A DNA stretch of 64,000 nucleotides, taken from NCBI GenBank assembly GCA_951406725.2, contig OX597841.1, positions 9,300,001 through 9,364,000 of the forward strand, given 5' to 3'. This stretch comes from Octopus vulgaris (lineage: Eukaryota). Shown in pieces: positions 13,889 to 25,879 of this stretch (positions are counted from its first letter, which is position 1; each line of letters opens with the position of its first letter). The notes under the pieces were generated by a model, which was not told the origin of the DNA, did not search any database, and was given only the letters and a program-made list of their open reading frames with translations. The translations under genes and the position numbers were made by a program.

Positions 13889-16800
13889 CAGGGGCGTGCA
13901 CTCTCAGCAATGCAAGGTATGCGCTGCATGCCTTCCTTGTTTCAAGTTGTTTTAGAAATATTGTCTCCACTTCGTACATCTGCTTTGATAAATGCTTTTA
14001 GAAGATCGCATGATACATACTCCCTCTCTGTCTGTATTAGTTTGTCCTTCCTTCCTCTCTCTCTATCTTAGTGACTCGATAAATTTATCGCTTGTCATGC
14101 GTTGGGAAGACAGCAAGAGTCCCTTCTCTCTGTCTTTGATAGTTTGCTCCTTCTCCCTCTTTCTTTGTTTAAAAGATATACTACGAGGAATGGTCACCCC
14201 CTTCTCTCTCAGCGATTCGACAAATTCAGTTTGGCGTCTCATGCTGTGCTTAGATCGCATATCACGCCTCTCTGGCTATTTTGACCGGAACAAGAGCCGT
14301 CCCATAATTCTTGTTTTAGCCAGCTGAAATGTTGGAATAGCCTTCGCATGTAAGTTTGAAATTTTTTATCCAAAACATCCGTTTGCACTATCATATTTTT
14401 AGAAAGTTTTGAAAGCAAAAATATCTACATTATATTTCTTATTTCAGAAATAGCTAATTAATCTTAAATTAATTTAACAAAGGGTATTTTTCCGTTTTGT
14501 TGAAATTGACTTAAAATTTACGCCGGCGCTTCCACGTGGGTCCTTAAATAAGAGCAGCCTTTTTCAAAATGAGTGAAATGTGTGCTATAAACGATATTTT
14601 GAGAACTAGTTTTTCTAAAAGGGACTTCGATGGGAAAAAATTAATTATAAATCGCGGGAGACCAACACTGAATTTACCTAATTTGCGAAGCTACAACAAG
14701 AAATTCACGAGACAATTTCAGGTTAATTCGTATGAAAAGAAGAAATGGTTAACTGGAAGTGTTGCTCTTAATAAATTATTCTGTTGGCCGTGTTTACTTT
14801 TTGGCTTAGAAAAAAATGTTTGGAATGATAAAGGCTATGATGATTTAAATAATTTACATATAGCTATGCTAAAGCACAAGCGTTCTCAAAGGCATATAAA
14901 ATGTTTGATAGACCTTAAAATATTCGGGAATGTTCGCATAGACTTACAATTAGATGCACGTAAAAATCAAAGCATACAACAGCATAATGAGAAAGTTCGA
15001 CGAAACAGATCCATTCTGCAACGATTGATCGATGTTGTTATTTTTTTAGGCCTCCAGGAATTATCGTTTCGGGGTCATTTTGAATCTGAAGGCTCTAATA
15101 ATCGGGGAAATTATAAAGAACTCGTTTATTTGATCAGTAAGTATGACAAACAAATGGAAAGTCATTTAGATACAGCTTCTATCTTCACTGGTCTGTCGAA
15201 CAGAATTCAAAATGACTTGATCGAAGCAATTCATAAAGTTATGTTGAATGAGATGCAGAAGGAAATTGACCAAGCTAAGTTTGTTTCTATTCTTGTTGAT
15301 GTGACATCTGATGTCTCAGCATCTTCACAACTGTCAACAGTTTTACGTTATGTTACAGAAGACTGTGTGACGAAAGAACGATTTATCGGTTTTAGTGATG
15401 TTAGTGCAGATCGATCTGCAAATGCTTTATTTGAACATGTTTTTAAATGCATTGAGACGTGGGAATGTGGAAACAAATTGATTGCGCAGACATATGATGG
15501 TGCCGCTACAATGGCAGGACAATTAAATGGGTTACAGGCAAAAGTAAGAAAGAAATATAAATGTGCGATCTTTATTTATTGTTGTGACCATATCCTAAAT
15601 TTAGTTCTTTCACAATCATGCTCTGCTATGAAAGAATGCAAGATATTTTTTTCTACAATAAATGGACTCGGTACATTTTTTACGAAATCACCGAAAAGGA
15701 CTAATGCATTAGATAATATTGTTAAAAAAAGATTTCCGAAAGCAACAGCAACTAGATGGAATTACTCCTCACGTCTTATTATTACCACAAAGGAAAATTA
15801 TAATTTCATAATCAGCCTTTTTGAACACATCATTGAAAATCCTGAAGCATGGGATGAGACCACCATAAATTCAGCAATTGGATTCTTACACACTTTAAAA
15901 GCTCCTGATTTCTTATTTTTGTTAGAGGTATTCAGTGACATTTTTTCTTTTACTGACGTCTTATTTAACATACTCCAGAGTAAAAGTCATGACATAGTGT
16001 ATTGTAAACAGCAAATAGATAAAACTAGAACTGTACTCGAAAACAAACTTGATAATTTTTCAGTCTTTTATGATAGGTTAGGGAAAAATATGGAGTCGAT
16101 GCAGGAATCGGAATTCAGAGATCCAAGAATATATCTATTGATCCCCAACGACATTATAGAACGCTTTATAACAAAATTATAAGTACAATAGTTGACCAAA
16201 TAAAAGCACGATATTCATCCTTAGAAGAGTTTAAATTCATGGAACTTTTGAATTTCAACAAAGTTGATGAGTATTGCAAACAATTTCCTGTGGACTCTTT
16301 AGATTCTTTAAGAACAACTTATGGCAGATTTTTTGATGTAATACGATTACAAAGTGAGCTCAATGTGATGTATTCAATGAAAGATTTTAAAAAACCAAGT
16401 GTAAGTCATTTAATGAGTTACATTAACAGCACTGATCTTGTTGAAGCTATGCCAGAACTCTTCAATCTGTGCAAGTTGATTTTGACAATTCCGTCTACCA
16501 CTGCTTCTGTAGAGCGATCCTTTTCTGCATTAAGTAGAATTAAAACATACCAAAGAAATGCGACAGGAGAAAGAAGACTGTCTGGGTTAGCACTAATGTC
16601 AATTGAAAAAGATTTATTACAAGAATTGATGAAAAGAGAAGATTTCTATGAAAATGTGATAGATATATTTGCCCAGATAGATCGAAGAATTGAATTAATT
16701 TATAAATGAGCTAAGTAACATTTTAAAACATTAAAAAAAATATATATTAAAGAGCATATATTACAGGTTTTGCTTAGTGTTTGTTATAACGTAAGGTTCG

Positions 16801-17665
16801 ACCTTCTTACATCAGTATTGTTTCGCAGGAGAAATGTTTTGATTTCTTCGTGAAACCTACCTACATAGATTTCCCTTTCTGTGCTGCTGGGTGTAGTCTA
16901 TTTACGGCCGTAAATAAGTGTTTTGTTTCACTTTCAATAAGTGTCTTGTTTCAATCTCAGAGATGTTGACTTCTGCCACAACAGTTTTGGGAGGCTTTTT
17001 ACAATGTTGAATTTTCGCTGTCTTTCATTGTGTGCGTATTCATGTATATGCGTGTATTTTCAATGTTTGTGCGTGAGACGTAGTCCTTTAATGTACGGAG
17101 TTCAGTAAGTCTCAGAACAGTCAATAATTTTCCCGGAATTGACAAGTAGCATGATAAAGAACCTGACTTGTCTTCGAGAGCGTAACGATCTAAAACCATG
17201 GCCATATAATGTAACTAAATGTGTTCTTTTAATTAAATCATTTCATTCAGCTCAACCGATAGGTATAGGGGCTAATGCAGAATCGCACCCCTTTGAAAAA
17301 CGAATTTATGTGAAAATTTTTTTTCGGATTCCTACCTTTAACAGAGATTCTGAATATGCAAAAATATTGACAGAATCCAATTTCATCTTTATTACATTTC
17401 ACTTATGATTTTTAGACTTTTCTAAGGGAGAATGAGGATGGGAAAGTACTGACGTTTCGAAGAGCAAAGAATAATACAAACAATACACTTATTTCAGGAT
17501 CATCTCTGCACAGCCATTTTTTATTCCCTGTTTATTCTGCATATTCAGAATCTCTTATATGTAAATCGTAGGAATACGAAAATGTTTTACTGAAAAATTG
17601 CCGGGGGGGGGGGGGGCAATGAAATTAATTGCATGCCCAACGCCGGAAGTCACCGCACGCCACTG
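13889..17665 (+). mobile_element. Full-length hAT DNA transposon (3777 bp)
   Basis: Termini CAGGGGCGTGC / GCACGCCACTG (11-bp TIR, 1 mismatch). 8-bp TSD GTATGAAC at 13881-13888 and 17666-17673. A single GTATGAAC at 4069-4076 in the paralog is the empty site. Confidence 0.95.
14569..16709 (+). pseudogene. hAT transposase (ZMYM1/DUF4371-like with C-terminal dimerisation domain), frameshifted near 16110-16140
   Basis: Motifs LFCWPCLLF, LSFRGHFE..NRGNY, IQNDLI, SILVDVTSDVS, QTYDGAATMAG, CCDHILNL, TRWN, ILTIPSTTASVERSFSALSRIKT. The downstream frame reads IDPQRHYRTLYNKIISTIVDQIKARY into the 16239 ORF. Confidence 0.9.
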
Positions 17666-17724
17666 GTATGAACATATGTATGAATCTATCTTTCTTCCTG
17701 TCTGTCTGTCTATCTATCTATCTA

Positions 17725-17771
<47 letters not shown>

Positions 17772-17996
17772 GAAATATTAAAATTACTAAGTCTCTCTAA
17801 AAGAGAACAACGGCAGCGTTCCCGGAAAATATTAGTTATCGCCATACTAATATGGCATTCTTATAAAAATAAGAATAAAGCTGACCGCTTATTAGCTCCA
17901 TGAGGCCATCGCCTTAAGTTAGCTATTTGATACACAAACTGTATCCATATAACCTTTGAACAAGGAGGTCAGTCGCTCCACACTACTTGGCCGGCA

Positions 17997-18039
17997 GCTA
18001 CAGACGCGTTTCGGGGAGTGTGCCCCTTTTCAATACAGC
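17997..18039 (-). ncRNA. Type I hammerhead ribozyme (U3-A8 variant), unit 1
   Basis: GCTGTA-TTGAAAA-GGGG cacact CCCC-GAAA-CGCG-TC-TGTAGC. Confidence 0.75.
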
Positions 18040-18361
18040 GTAGCCAAACCAGTAGGTGTCGCTTCCGACAATCTCTGTTCAAAGCTTTTATTTACCTAGC
18101 TTCGGTGGAATACATCCACTTGTTTTCAATAATAGAAATATTAAAATTACTAAGTCTCTCTAAAAGAGAACAACGGCGAGCATTCCCGGAAAATATTAGT
18201 TATTGCCATACTAATATGGCATTCTTATAAAAATAAGAATAAAGCTGACCGCTTATTAGCTCCATGAGGCCATCGCCTTAAGTTAGCTATTTGATACACA
18301 AACTGTATCCATATAACCTTTGAACAAGGGAGGTCAGTCGCTCCACACTACTTGGCCGGCA

Positions 18362-18403
18362 GCTACAGACGCGTTTCGGGGTATTGCCCCTTTTCAATGC
18401 AGC
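18362..18403 (-). ncRNA. Type I hammerhead ribozyme (U3-A8 variant), best-preserved copy
   Basis: GCTGCA-TTGAAAA-GGGG caata CCCC-GAAA-CGCG-TC-TGTAGC. 6-bp stem I, 4-bp stem II, palindromic stem III ACGCGT, GUC site. Confidence 0.8.
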
Positions 18404-18968
18404 GTAGCCAAACCAGTAGGTGTCGCTTCCGACAATCTCTGTTCAAAGCTTTTATTTACCTAGCTTCGGTGGAATACATCCACTTGTTTTCAATAATAGA
18501 AATATTAAAATTACTAAGTCTCTCTAAAAGAGAACAACGGCAGCGTTCCCGGAAAATATTAGTTATCGCCATACTAATATGGTATTCTTATAAAAATAAG
18601 AATAAAGCTGACCGCTTATTAGCTCCATGAGGCCATCGCCTTAAGTTAGCTATTTGATATACAATACCCCGAAACGCGTCTGTAGCCGCCGGCCAAGTAG
18701 TGTGGAGCGACTGACCTCCCTTGTTCAAATGTTATATGGATACAGTTTGTGTATCAAATAGCTAACTTAAGGCGATGGCCTCATGGAGCTAATAAGCGGT
18801 CAGCTTTATTCTTATTTTTATAAGAATGCCATATTAGTATGGCGATAATAATATTTTCCGGGAATGACTTAGTAATTTTAATATTTCTATTATTGAAAAC
18901 AAGTGGATGTATTCCACCGAATAGGTAAATAAAACCTTTTCGGAAGCGACACCTACTGGTTTGGCTAC

Positions 18969-19010
18969 GCTGCATTGAAAAGGGGCAATACCCCGAAAGG
19001 CGTCTGTAGC
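18969..19010 (+). ncRNA. Hammerhead copy in the inverted arm (stem III mutated to AGGCGT)
   Basis: GCTGCA-TTGAAAA-GGGG caata CCCC-GAAA-GGCG-TC-TGTAGC. Confidence 0.7.
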
Positions 19011-19324
19011 TGCGCCAAGTAGTGTGGAGCGACTGACCTCTCTTGTTCAAAGGTTATATGGATACAGTTTGTGTATCAAATAGCTAACTTAAGGCGATGG
19101 CCTCATGGATTTAATAAGCGGTCAGCTTTATTCTTATTATAAGAATGCCATATTAGTATGGCGATAACTAATATTTTCGGAACGCTGCCGTTGTTCTCTT
19201 TTAGAGAGACTTAGTAATTTTAATATTTCTATTATTGAAAACAAGTGGATGTATTCCACCGAAGCTAGGTAAATAAAAGCTTTGAACAGAGATTGTCGGG
19301 AGCGACACCTACTGGTTTGGCTAC

Positions 19325-19366
19325 GCTGCATTGAAAAAGGGCAATACCCCGAAACGCGTCTGTAGC
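19325..19366 (+). ncRNA. Hammerhead copy in the inverted arm (first stem II pair mismatched)
   Basis: GCTGCA-TTGAAAA-AGGG caata CCCC-GAAA-CGCG-TC-TGTAGC. Confidence 0.7.
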
Positions 19367-20423
19367 TGCCGGCCAAGTATGTGGAGCGACTGACCTCCCT
19401 TGTTCAAAGGTTATATGGATACAGTTTGTGTATCAAATAGCTAACTTAAGGCGATGGACTCATGGAGCTAATAAGCGGTCAGCTTTATTCTTATTTTTAT
19501 AAGAATGCCATATTAGTATGGCGATAATAATATATATATATATATATTGGCTGATCGAATAAAAGTTATAGGAAGAACACACAAAACCTAAAGCAAATTG
19601 AAAATAAAATATTCTAATTTGATGAGGGTTTTCGAAGGATCATCTATTAAGGGAAACACGAAACCTAAAGAGGCAGATAGAATAAGGAGTAGGCTTTAAA
19701 AATAAATTGTGGTGGTTGATTTCTTTGACTAAAAATTCTTCAAGGCTGTGCCCCAGCATGGCCACAGTCAAACGAGTGAAGCAAGTAAGAGATAAAAGAT
19801 GTGTGTGTCTGTGTGTGTTTGTGTATAAAAGGAGCTATGAAAGACATAGAAGTGTTTTTGTGAAGGATGTTGAATCCGTGTGCATAGTTCATGGCACCCG
19901 AGTGATATCAAGACATTTATTTCAACCGAACGGAAAACATTTTCTGACAGATGCAAAGTCTTACAGGAATTCGTTAACTTGATGCTGATTAAACAGCGTT
20001 GATTGAAATTTATGGAGTTATGTTTAAAGATATATTATATTTCATAGGTTCCTGTACTCAGACATGGAAAGACCTTTGCTGTATAAATTCTTTCAGGAAG
20101 GGAATTTTCCTTACAGGAAATGCTCGTGAGAAACCCTCTCCAGTCGGCTATATATACCTCTCTGCATAGATATGTATGTATAATTATGTGTGTGTGTGCA
20201 TTATCATCATCATCATCATCATCATTTAACGGCTGCTTTCCCTGCTACCATATGCCACACCACCAGATACTTTAAGCATTTCCGTGGTGATTCTTGAGGG
20301 GCCAGGGGCTTCCTTCATTTTCATATGTCTCATGGCTTTATCTACCATGGTACTGTCTATTCGAATTGCTGGTCCCTCTGTTGGCTCCACCATAGGCACA
20401 CTCTCTTGTATACACACACACAC

Positions 20424-20469
<46 letters not shown>

Positions 20470-20563
20470 TTAGAGACAAAACCACTATTTTGCAAATCAA
20501 ACAAAGAAAGACTTAATCCAATACATAAAAAAATTTAATATAAATTAAATAAACTTAAATTCG

Positions 20564-20609
20564 CCACTACAATTGTTTCGTGTGTCTTCAAAGTACATTC
20601 ATCAGGTGG
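20564..20609 (-). ncRNA. Paralogous copy of the 5498-5543 hammerhead motif
   Basis: CCAC-CTGATGA-ATGTACTTTGAAGACACAC-GAAA-CAATTG-TA-GTGG on the minus strand. Confidence 0.6.
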
Positions 20610-20654
20610 ATTTCAGATCTTCTATTCAATTTTAAATTATTTTAAGTTATATAT

Positions 20655-20750
<96 letters not shown>

Positions 20751-20752
<2 letters not shown>

Positions 20753-21961
20753 TTTGAATAATGGAAACACCTAGCATCATAATTTTGAAATATCTATAAA
20801 ACTGTCAAAAGCTTGTTTATTTTTATGTTTTTTGATTTATTATTAGTGTTGCTTAATATGTTTTGCTAAAATTGCTCTTTCTTTTCAGATATCATCAGAA
20901 AAAGGTAATTAAAATTCATTAAAATGACAAATTGATTGGACTTCCAAAGAGGTCAAATTGTTGGTGCTTATATGACAGGTGCTAGCATAAAGAAAACAGC
21001 CACAATGTTTGGTGTATCAAGAAGTAGTGCCTCGAAAGTAATGACAGCCTTTGAGAAAGAGGAAAAACCTCCAGGGACCATCCGACTCTTACACGAATTA
21101 TTAGAAAGGATCACAAAAAATACAGCTCCCAAAATTACTGCAGAGCTTAATGACCACCTCGAGAACCCAGTTTCCACAAAAACTGTTTGCCAGGAGCTGC
21201 ACAAAGCTGGATTTAATGGGAAGGCTGCAATCAGAAAACCACTACTTTCAAAAACAAACGTTGCAAAGCATTTAGAGTGAAGTAAAAACCTACAGAATTC
21301 GTCCCTAGATCAATGGAAGCATGTTATTTTTCGGAAGAGTCATCCTTCACCTTATTTCTGACCACTGGCCAAGTATATGTGTGGAGGGAGCCAAAAGAAG
21401 CATTTGACCCAGACTGCCTTCTTCTAACTGTTAAATATGGAAGAGGATCTGTGATGATCTGGTGGGGGCTATATCTTGGAAATCCGCCAGCCCAATGGTT
21501 TCCCTTAATGGTAGAATTTATTTTCAGGATTATTTAAGCATTTTATCTGATCAAATTCATCCTATGGTTGCAGAACTGTTTCTGGAGGGAAATGCAATCT
21601 TTCAGGATGATAATGCACCAATTCACACAGCTGAATTTGTTACCGAATGGCATTAGGAACATTCTAGTCAAGTTGAACATCTTATCTGGCCACCACAGTC
21701 CGTAGATCTCAATATTATTTTACATTTATGGTTCATTTTAGAAAAACAAGGTGTCAATATCCTCCATCATCATCACTACAAGAACTGGAGACTGTTTTAG
21801 CTGAAGAATGAACAAAAATTCCTTTGGAAACCCTTCAAACTTTGTACGAGTCCATACCTCATAGAATTTAAGCTGTAATTATTGCCAAAGGCGGTTCTTC
21901 CCCATATTAAAATAGATTTATTTGAAATTTTAAGGTGTTTCCATTATTTTGTCCAACCCCT
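20751..21961 (+). mobile_element. Decayed Tc1/mariner transposon (copy B)
   Basis: Paralog of 5691-6889. ORF pieces at 20936-21280 (HTH region) and 21313-21656 (catalytic region). Confidence 0.85.
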
Positions 21962-23211
21962 CTATGTGTGTTTGTATGTGTGTGTGCAGTGGATGGATCT
22001 GTTGTTAGAGCATTGGTTCCACAATCATGGGATAGTGAGTTCGATTCTCAGACCGGGCTCTGTGTTGTGTTCTTGGGCAAGACACTTTATTTCATGTTGC
22101 TTTCCCATTGGATAACATCAGTGGCATGGAGAGGGATGGCCTGCTTGCCTAGCCCGAGGGTTGGGGGTCATTCGATGGCTAAAACAATGCAAAGTGAATT
22201 GTGCCTAGCGATGTGTCGCAACATCGGATAGTCTTGTTGGTCATGTGATCTAGCTTTCTGTCTGTCTGTGTGTCTGTATGAATGAATGTGTGTGTGTGTG
22301 TGTGTGTATGTATGAAAAGTCCACTTTCTGTTCTGCTACGGGGTTGGACAGTTTGCCAGAGGACTGCACCAAGCTGTGTTGGCCACATTGCATTGGTTTC
22401 TATGGCTGGATACCCTTCCTAATGCCGACCACTTCACAGAGTGCTTTTCACATGGCACCACCAAGTAACTTGCAAAACGAAGATGTCTCAACAGGAAGGG
22501 AGGAGTAGTATTGAGGGAGGTGGGTTTGTGCCAGTTGAGAGGTGAATGTATAATAGGGATCAGGGTAGAGATAGGGGTCTTCCTGTAGGAGATACTTGGC
22601 TATCCCCGTTTGAAAGAGAGAAATAAATGGCAGGGGAGATGTGTGATGGGACAAATTCTTAAGGTACAGTGGGGGAGAATATGAATGAAATGAGGGCCAT
22701 ACAAAGGATTGGACAGGGTAAGTGGACAGAGGAGATCAAGGGGTGGGGGTGATTCATGAGGGTGTGAAGGGAGGTGGATGGAGATGTGGAGAGAGTAGCA
22801 GGTGACAGTGAGAGATATAGGGGTAGCTCAGGGGGCCAGTGAGGACATTGAGAGTGAGTATGTGTGATGGGGGGAGAGGAGCATGCAGAGGGTGATGATT
22901 AAGGGTGGAAGGAAGGAAGGACTTGTGATGTGTTGTGGGGGGAGGAGTTTTTATGCAGGAGGTGAGGGAACAGATTGTATTGGGGCAAAGCAGAGACATA
23001 AAAGGCTTACCTGTATGCATGTACATATTTCTTTGTTTCAAATTTTGGCACAAGGCCTGCAATAATGGGTTAAGTTGATTACATCAGTCCCAGAGTTCAC
23101 CGAGTCTAAATGTCAACCTTGCTGGAATTAGAACTCAGAACATCAAGTCAAACGAAATGCGCCAAGCATTTTACCTGCTGTTCTAATGATTCTGCTACCA
23201 GCTCACCTTAG

Positions 23212-23244
<33 letters not shown>

Positions 23245-23301
23245 AAGATACATAAAAGCACATAGATATAGACAGGTGTCTATATATTAATAAATACGTA
23301 C

Positions 23302-23337
<36 letters not shown>

Positions 23338-23338
<1 letters not shown>

Positions 23339-24103
23339 ATGAATGTTTTTATATATAATGAACGTGAAATACAGGAAGGGACGAACACGGAACACAGACA
23401 AATCATTCGAAGCCTTCAATCTTCAGTCAGACACCGAATCATCATAGCAAATTTCGGCTGTTCAATTCTGATATTTGCTCCAACTCGGCCAGCCCCAAGA
23501 AAAAAAAACTAAGCTGTAAGCATTAGATTTCTTGGTAGAAGACAGGAATGTGAACGCACAAGATGGATGTAAATACAAGAGACGAAAACGAAATTGAAAA
23601 CAGTAATGAATAAACAAAATATATATAACGGTGGTTGTCATACGACTTTAGACCAAATGAGACAAAAACAACAACAACATAGCTGGCGTAGAAATAATTA
23701 CCGTTTCGGTAGCGGGGACACATGTTGGTCGAGATACGATGGCCAACAGAATGGTTTAAGAAGCAGCAGGTTGCAGGAGAGAGAGAGAAAGAGAGACAGA
23801 GAGAGAGGGAATCAAAGAGGGTGGAAGGCAGGGGACAGAATCAGTGACCAAGAGAAAAGGAGAAAGAAGGGATTAAGGAGGATGGGAGGAAGAGGAGGAG
23901 GATGGGAAGAAGAGAGGGGAAGAATCGGAGGGCGCCAAAAAGTTTGGTGAAGAAGCAATGGCAGGTAGGAAAGACAGTGTGTATAGAAGTCGTGCAGGGT
24001 TTAAAATTGGACAAACAAACGGGGGAGTGCACGTAACGCCGCAATAATATAAGAATGAATGTTTTTATATATAATGAACGTGAAATACAGGAAGGGACGA
24101 ACA
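23338..24103 (-). mobile_element. Non-coding element with 50-bp terminal direct repeat (716-bp period), related to the LINE-array spacer
   Basis: AATGAATGTTTTTATATATAATGAACGTGAAATACAGGAAGGGACGAACA at 23338 and 24054. Internal blocks (AATAATTACC.TTTCGGT, GGCGCCAAAA, TCGTGCAGGG, GCACGTA) match 33520-33950. Confidence 0.6.
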
Positions 24104-24177
24104 TACATGAATATATATTCTTGTGTGTGCATCTTCATTTTTGTAAGTATGCAGGCCAATGCATATATATATATATG

Positions 24178-24478
24178 TCACTGTGACCGACCAGGCTATC
24201 AAATGTTGCTACACATCGCTGGTCACAATGCGCTTCGTATTGCTGTAGCCTTCAAATGACGCCACCCCACTGGCTAAGCGAGCAGGCAAACAGAAGAAAG
24301 AGTGAGAGAAAGTTGGGTCGAAAGAGTACACCAGGGATCACCACCACCCCCTGCCGGAGCCTTGTGGTACTTTAGGTGTTTTCGCTCAATAAACACTCAC
24401 AATGCCCGGTCTGGGAATCGAAACCGCGAACCTACGACCAGGAGTACGCTGCTCTAACCACTGGGCCATTGCACCTCC
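24178..24478 (-). mobile_element. tRNA-derived SINE
   Basis: Minus strand has TGGCCCAGTGGTTAGAGC (A box) and GGTTTCGATTCCC (B box). Confidence 0.7.
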
Positions 24479-24518
24479 GTATATCTGTATATATGTATGT
24501 ATATATATAAAAGTACAA

Positions 24519-24618
24519 NNNNNNNNNNNNNNNNNNNNNNNNNNNNNNNNNNNNNNNNNNNNNNNNNNNNNNNNNNNNNNNNNNNNNNNNNNNNNNNNNN
24601 NNNNNNNNNNNNNNNNNN
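24519..24618. other. Assembly gap (100 N)
   Basis: Run of N. Confidence 1.
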
Positions 24619-24686
24619 AAACAACCCTTGTTCGTTGTTTGCGGAACCCCTACTTATGTGGCCCCGGATATTCTGTCAGAAAAAGG
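24619..24686 (+). CDS. DCLK-family kinase exon: activation segment (5' part lost in the gap)
   Basis: Translates KQPLFVVCGTPTYVAPDILSEKG followed by a GTAAGT donor (phase 2). CGTPTYVAPEI.SEKG is characteristic of doublecortin-like kinases. Confidence 0.9.
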
Positions 24687-24701
24687 GTAAGTGTTTATAT
24701 A

Positions 24702-25865
24702 TATTTCTTTACTACCCACAAGGGGCTAAACACAGAGGGGACAAACAAGGACAGACAAACGGATTAAGTCTATTATATCGACCCCAGTGCGTAACTGGTA
24801 CTTAATTTATCGACCCCGAAAGGATGAAAAGCAAAGTGGACCTCGGCGGAATTTGAACCCAGAACACTTAACGGCAGACGAAATACCTATTTCTTTACTA
24901 CCCACAAGGGGCTAAACACAGAGGGGACAAACAAGGACAGACAAAGGGATTAAGTCGATTACATCGACCCCAGTGCGTAACTGGTACTTAATTTATCGAC
25001 CCCGAAAGGATGAAAGGCAAAGTGGACCTCGGCGGAATTTGAACCCAGAACACTTAACGGCAGACGAAATACCTATTTCTTTACTACCCACAAGGGGCTA
25101 AACACAGAGGGGACAAACAAGGACAGACAAAGGGATTAAGTCGATTACATCGACCCCAGTGCGTAACTGGTACTTAATTTATCGACCCCGAAAGGATGAA
25201 AGGCAAAGTGGACCTCGGCGGAATTTGAACCCAGAACACTTAACGGCAGACGAAATACCTATTTCTTTACTACCCACAAGGGGCTAAACACAGAGAGGAC
25301 AAGCAAGGACAGACAAACGGATTAAGTCGATTACATCGACCCCAGTGCGTAACTGGTACTTAATTTATCGACCCCGAAAGGATAAAAGGCAAAGTCGACC
25401 TCGGCGGAATTTGAACACAGAACACTTAACGGCAGACGAAATACCTATTTCTTTACTACCCACAAGGGGCTAAACACAGAGGGGACAAACAAGGACAGAC
25501 AAAGGGATTAAGTCGATTACATCGACCCCAGTGCGAAACTGGTACTTAATTTATCGACCCCGAAAGGATGAAAGGCAAAGTCGACCTCGGCGGAATTTGA
25601 ACCCAGAACACTTAACGGCAGACGAAATACCTATTTCTTTACTACCCACAAGGGGCTAAACACAGAGGGGACAAACAAGGACAGACAAAGGGATTAAGTC
25701 GATTACATAGACCCCAGTGCGTAACTGGTACTTAATTTATCGACCCCGAAAGGATGAAAGGCAAAGTCGACCTCGGCGGAATTTGAACCCAGAACACTTA
25801 ACGGCAGACGAAATACGGCTACGCATTTCGCCCGGCGTGCTAACCATTCTGCCAGCTCGCCGCCT
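24702..25865 (-). repeat. SINE concatemer: one full head plus six 186-bp bodies
   Basis: TATTTCTTTACTACCCACAAGGGG at 24702, 24888, 25074, 25260, 25446, 25632. Only the rightmost copy carries the 5' head (TGGCAGAATGGTTAGC, A box); all carry GGTTCAAATTCC (B box). Confidence 0.9.
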
Positions 25866-25879
25866 TCTAAGTGTTTATA

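Larger units (their letters stand above)
17768..19528. repeat. Palindromic array of ~363-bp hammerhead-containing units (about 2.5 forward + 2.4 inverted) inserted in (TA)n
   Basis: Unit starts AATAGAAATATT at 17768, 18131 and 18495. Orientation flips at ~18662 and the rest is the reverse complement with small deletions. Absent from the paralog. Confidence 0.9.
11825..22978. repeat. Segmental duplication copy B with two copy-specific insertions
   Basis: Colinear with 1945-7914 apart from the hAT element (13889-17665) and the palindromic array (17768-19528). Confidence 0.9.
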
